Below, one piece after another: positions 34,040-36,471 of a stretch of DNA of 36,471 bases (the stretch's first letter is position 1; every line of letters starts with the position of its first letter). The DNA is from an uncultured Cryptobacterium sp. (lineage in GTDB: Bacteria > Actinomycetota > Coriobacteriia > Coriobacteriales > Eggerthellaceae). Below the pieces are notes generated by a model. That model was given only the letters and a program-made list of their open reading frames with translations. It had not been told where the DNA came from and did not search any database. The position numbers and the translations under genes are program-made. Location of the stretch: positions 1-36,471 of the forward strand of contig USIG01000001.1 of NCBI GenBank assembly GCA_900554685.1, read 5' to 3'.

Positions 34040-35719
34040 CTAAGCGCGTCTACGAGCTGCAACTAAAGCTGCAATCAGCGATACCGCACCAACAAAGCCA
34101 AGAACACCTAATGAATACAAGGAATTGTCTGCGGTCTTGGGAAGTTCTTTGGAAGCATCGGATTTAGTTTTATCCTCAGAATCCTTTGACTTGTTATCTT
34201 CTGCTTTTATGTTGTCATCTGGATCAGTTAACGCCGGATCCTTGGGATCAGCAGGCGGATTATTTGGATCATCAGGATCTACTACGGGATCAGAAAACTT
34301 CACGAAATGCGCCACAAGGTGAGTATCACCTTGCACGGAATAAGTGAAACTAGCATCTTCACTTACAATTACACCATTATTCGTCCAGTTTACGAACTTC
34401 CAACCATCAAGAGGCTCTGCGGCAAGGACAATTTCTGTACCCTTCACGAAGGAGTGATTGGTTATTCCTGCAGATTCTTCACCATTAATAACGATAATTC
34501 CCGCACTGGTTGCTGGATTCATTTCAATACTAACGAAATAAGATTCCTCACCCGTTTGTTCTTTGGCAAAGTTTGCTTGAACTATAGTGTCACCTTGCGC
34601 AGTAAAGGTGTAAGTGGAATTAGTAGAAACTTCTTGGCCGTTAATCGTCCAATTTACAAAAGTGTAGCCTTCATTTGGCTGCGCTTTAAGAGTGACTTTA
34701 GAGCCTACAACGATTTTTGCGTCATTGAACTGACCTTTGAACTCACCGTCATTTCCGGATAGCAAACCCCATCCTATTTGATCGTTGGGGACTATTGCCT
34801 TAATGGTGCAATATTCAGGTTCAGGCACTGCTTTTTCAAAGTTAGCCTTCAAATTAGCTGATCCAGCAACGATATAAGTAAAGTTTGGTTCCGTGCTTAC
34901 AATTTTATCGCCATCGGTCCAATTGACGAATTGATAGCCATCAGCAGCAATTGCGTTTAGCTCAAAGGTTGTTCCCTCTTGATAGTCACCGTTAAAGCCT
35001 TTGGAGTCCTCGCCGTTGACAGTAATCTTTCCAAATTCAGGTGAAACGTATGCAACATCAACGTGATAGAAATCTGGATCTAATGATGTCTTCTTGAAAT
35101 TAGCCTGAACTGTTGTGCCTCCCTTTTCAAGGATAAACGTATATTCAGGATCAGTTCCTACTTCTTCACCATCAATTGTCCAATTTACGAAAGCGTAGCC
35201 TTCGTTTGCTTTGGCTTTAGCAGTGTAGGTTTGTCCCACAATGCCATTTGGTTCAAATGCCGCTCCGCCAAAGTCGTCGTCATTAAGTGCGACTTGACCC
35301 CAACCTGCTTGATCTATAGGAATAGATATTTTGGCAAGAGCGTAATCTGGTTCTACCTGTTCTTCAGCAAAGTTTGCTTGAACTGTAGTGTCACCTTGCG
35401 CAGTAAAGGTATAAGTGGGATTAGTAGAAACTTCTTGGCCGTCTATAGTCCAATTTACAAAGGTATAACCCTCATTGGGTTGTGCCTTTACAGTATAACC
35501 CCCCCCCACAATACATTTTGCGTTGCTTACTTGGCCTTTATAGTTGTCATCATTCATAGCAACTGTGCCAGTAAACGAAGGAGCAACCGTCACTTTTATT
35601 GTGCAGTACTCAGGCTCTTGGGCATATGCAATGGTCGGCAACAATGACCCTATTGAAGTCCCAACAGCAAGAATTACCGCAAATACAAGCAGTACTCCTT
35701 TTCTTGCTAACGCATTCAT
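34040..35719 (-). CDS. Sortase-anchored surface protein with five InlB-B/Flg_new-like repeats
   Basis: Signal peptide (..IAYA); five repeats A.P..GY.FVNWT..G..VS..P.YTF......ANF; Pro/Asp linker; LPKTA + hydrophobic TM + RRRA tail; RBS AAGGAGGAGG; repeats 1 and 4 nearly identical at nucleotide level (35367-35461 vs 34566-34660). Confidence 0.9.
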   Translation of the reverse strand: MNALARKGVLLVFAVILAVGTSIGSLLPTIAYAQEPEYCTIKVTVAPSFTGTVAMNDDNYKGQVSNAKCIVGGGYTVKAQPNEGYTFVNWTIDGQEVSTNPTYTFTAQGDTTVQANFAEEQVEPDYALAKISIPIDQAGWGQVALNDDDFGGAAFEPNGIVGQTYTAKAKANEGYAFVNWTIDGEEVGTDPEYTFILEKGGTTVQANFKKTSLDPDFYHVDVAYVSPEFGKITVNGEDSKGFNGDYQEGTTFELNAIAADGYQFVNWTDGDKIVSTEPNFTYIVAGSANLKANFEKAVPEPEYCTIKAIVPNDQIGWGLLSGNDGEFKGQFNDAKIVVGSKVTLKAQPNEGYTFVNWTINGQEVSTNSTYTFTAQGDTIVQANFAKEQTGEESYFVSIEMNPATSAGIIVINGEESAGITNHSFVKGTEIVLAAEPLDGWKFVNWTNNGVIVSEDASFTYSVQGDTHLVAHFVKFSDPVVDPDDPNNPPADPKDPALTDPDDNIKAEDNKSKDSEDKTKSDASKELPKTADNSLYSLGVLGFVGAVSLIAALVAARRRA

Positions 35720-36326
35720 TTCCTCCTCCTTTTCTTTCTAGAACTACTACGTTCAAAATATCCAATCTAGAGACCCAATGACTCTAGATACAGGGACAAG
35801 AAGAAAGAACATGTATTGAAACAAGCATATCTTGTAATGGACGTTATAATTCCTACATATTATGTACATATTTGATTTAACTTTGATATAAAACACCAGG
35901 TAGATTGCTTGTTAATGCGTTTTTTGATTGTTTGGAGGGGTACTTGAACACGTAACGCATAAAGTCTTTCAGTGGAAATTGTTTAGGAGCTCGTCTTTTG
36001 GTGAGTCCCGCTACCCCGAAAGACTATTTCTTAGGAGGCAATTTTCTCTGAAACATTTACGTTTAGATGATGACACGAGAAAGCTCGATGCTCTGAAAGA
36101 ATCAAAAAACAAGATAGAGTCGAACCTAACACAAAAGGTCGGATCGCTATCGCTTAGAGCAATTACATATGAAAGAGCGAAATTCGTTATGAAGCAAGTG
36201 CTGATGTTCTAATCAATGACATTAAGCAACTTTATCTATTGGCATATAGATATCAAAGCCCGAAGCGGTATGTAATTTACCTTCCTCCGGTGCTTTCTTT
36301 TAAAGATTGTTTTCCCTATTCAGGGT

Positions 36327-36348
36327 TTTGACCAAAATTTGACCCAAA
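36327..36348. repeat. 11-bp direct repeat TTTGACC(A/C)AAA x2, possible integrase arm-type site
   Basis: tttgaccaaaa 36327 and tttgacccaaa 36338, ~70 bp from the tRNA 3' end. Confidence 0.5.
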
Positions 36349-36372
36349 ATAAGTTTATCCACATTTTCAAAT

Positions 36373-36409
36373 AAAAAAGCAGGTCAACCGATTCACCGAT
36401 TGACCTGCT
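36373..36409 (-). terminator. Intrinsic terminator downstream of tRNA-Met
   Basis: AGCAGGTCAA...TTGACCTGCT 10-bp stem with a 6-nt U-tract on the minus strand. Confidence 0.85.
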
Positions 36410-36417
36410 GAAACATT

Positions 36418-36471
36418 TGGTCGCGGGGGCAGGATTTGAACCTACGACCTCCGGGTTATGAGCCCGGCGAG
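36418..36471 (-). tRNA. tRNA-Met(CAT), initiator type, 5' end outside window
   Basis: Minus strand CCGGG-CTCATAA-CCCGG anticodon arm with three consecutive G-C pairs; T-loop GGTTCAAATCC; encoded 3' CCA. Confidence 0.95.

Larger units (their letters stand above)
31400..36417. mobile_element. Decayed integrative islet adjacent to the tRNA-fMet 3' end (left boundary approximate)
   Basis: Integrase relic, two other pseudogenes, DUF3800 and surface-protein cargo, visibly AT-richer sequence, TTTGACCMAAA direct repeat near the tRNA; no clear att duplication found. Confidence 0.55.

Noticed and set aside
35928..36212. 94-aa plus-strand ORF near the tRNA
   Set aside because: TTG start without RBS and no motif; cannot be supported

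Overview
Chromosomal window from an anaerobic bacterium of moderate GC. The gene content suggests Coriobacteriia/Eggerthellaceae, which is an inference. From left to right: (i) a complete [FeFe]-hydrogenase locus, with a NuoF-cluster/GltD-like flavoprotein, hydA and the maturases hydE-hydG-hydF (the 'group A2' arrangement); (ii) LysR, a membrane protein and a GlcD/LctD-like FAD oxidoreductase; (iii) an ECF sigma, an RsgI-like anti-sigma and a small Cys/His-rich exported protein; (iv) a divergent module in which a degenerate-ABC-ATPase::LytTR fusion plus its own permease faces a 50-aa amphipathic peptide-ABC exporter operon across three 21-bp-period direct repeats; (v) NUDIX, MFS-CBS/MarR, and metQ-opine dehydrogenase-racemase with an unannotated leader peptide/attenuator; (vi) an orphan Zn-macrodomain, flavin reductase, MarR plus a heme-like membrane protein, hcp/HcpR and a TipA-like MerR; (vii) a ~5 kb AT-richer decayed islet next to the 3' end of tRNA-fMet. 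In the islet, ATPase, integrase and AlbA/RecG-like genes are deleted relics, but a DUF3800 gene with a promoter-short RNA-terminator leader and an LPXTG-type surface protein remain intact. The best candidates for undescribed systems are the pseudo-ATPase-LytTR/peptide/ABC module, the sRNA-DUF3800 cassette, and the Met leader attenuator controlling metQ-odh-racemase. All calls are by eye from motifs; no database searches were run.
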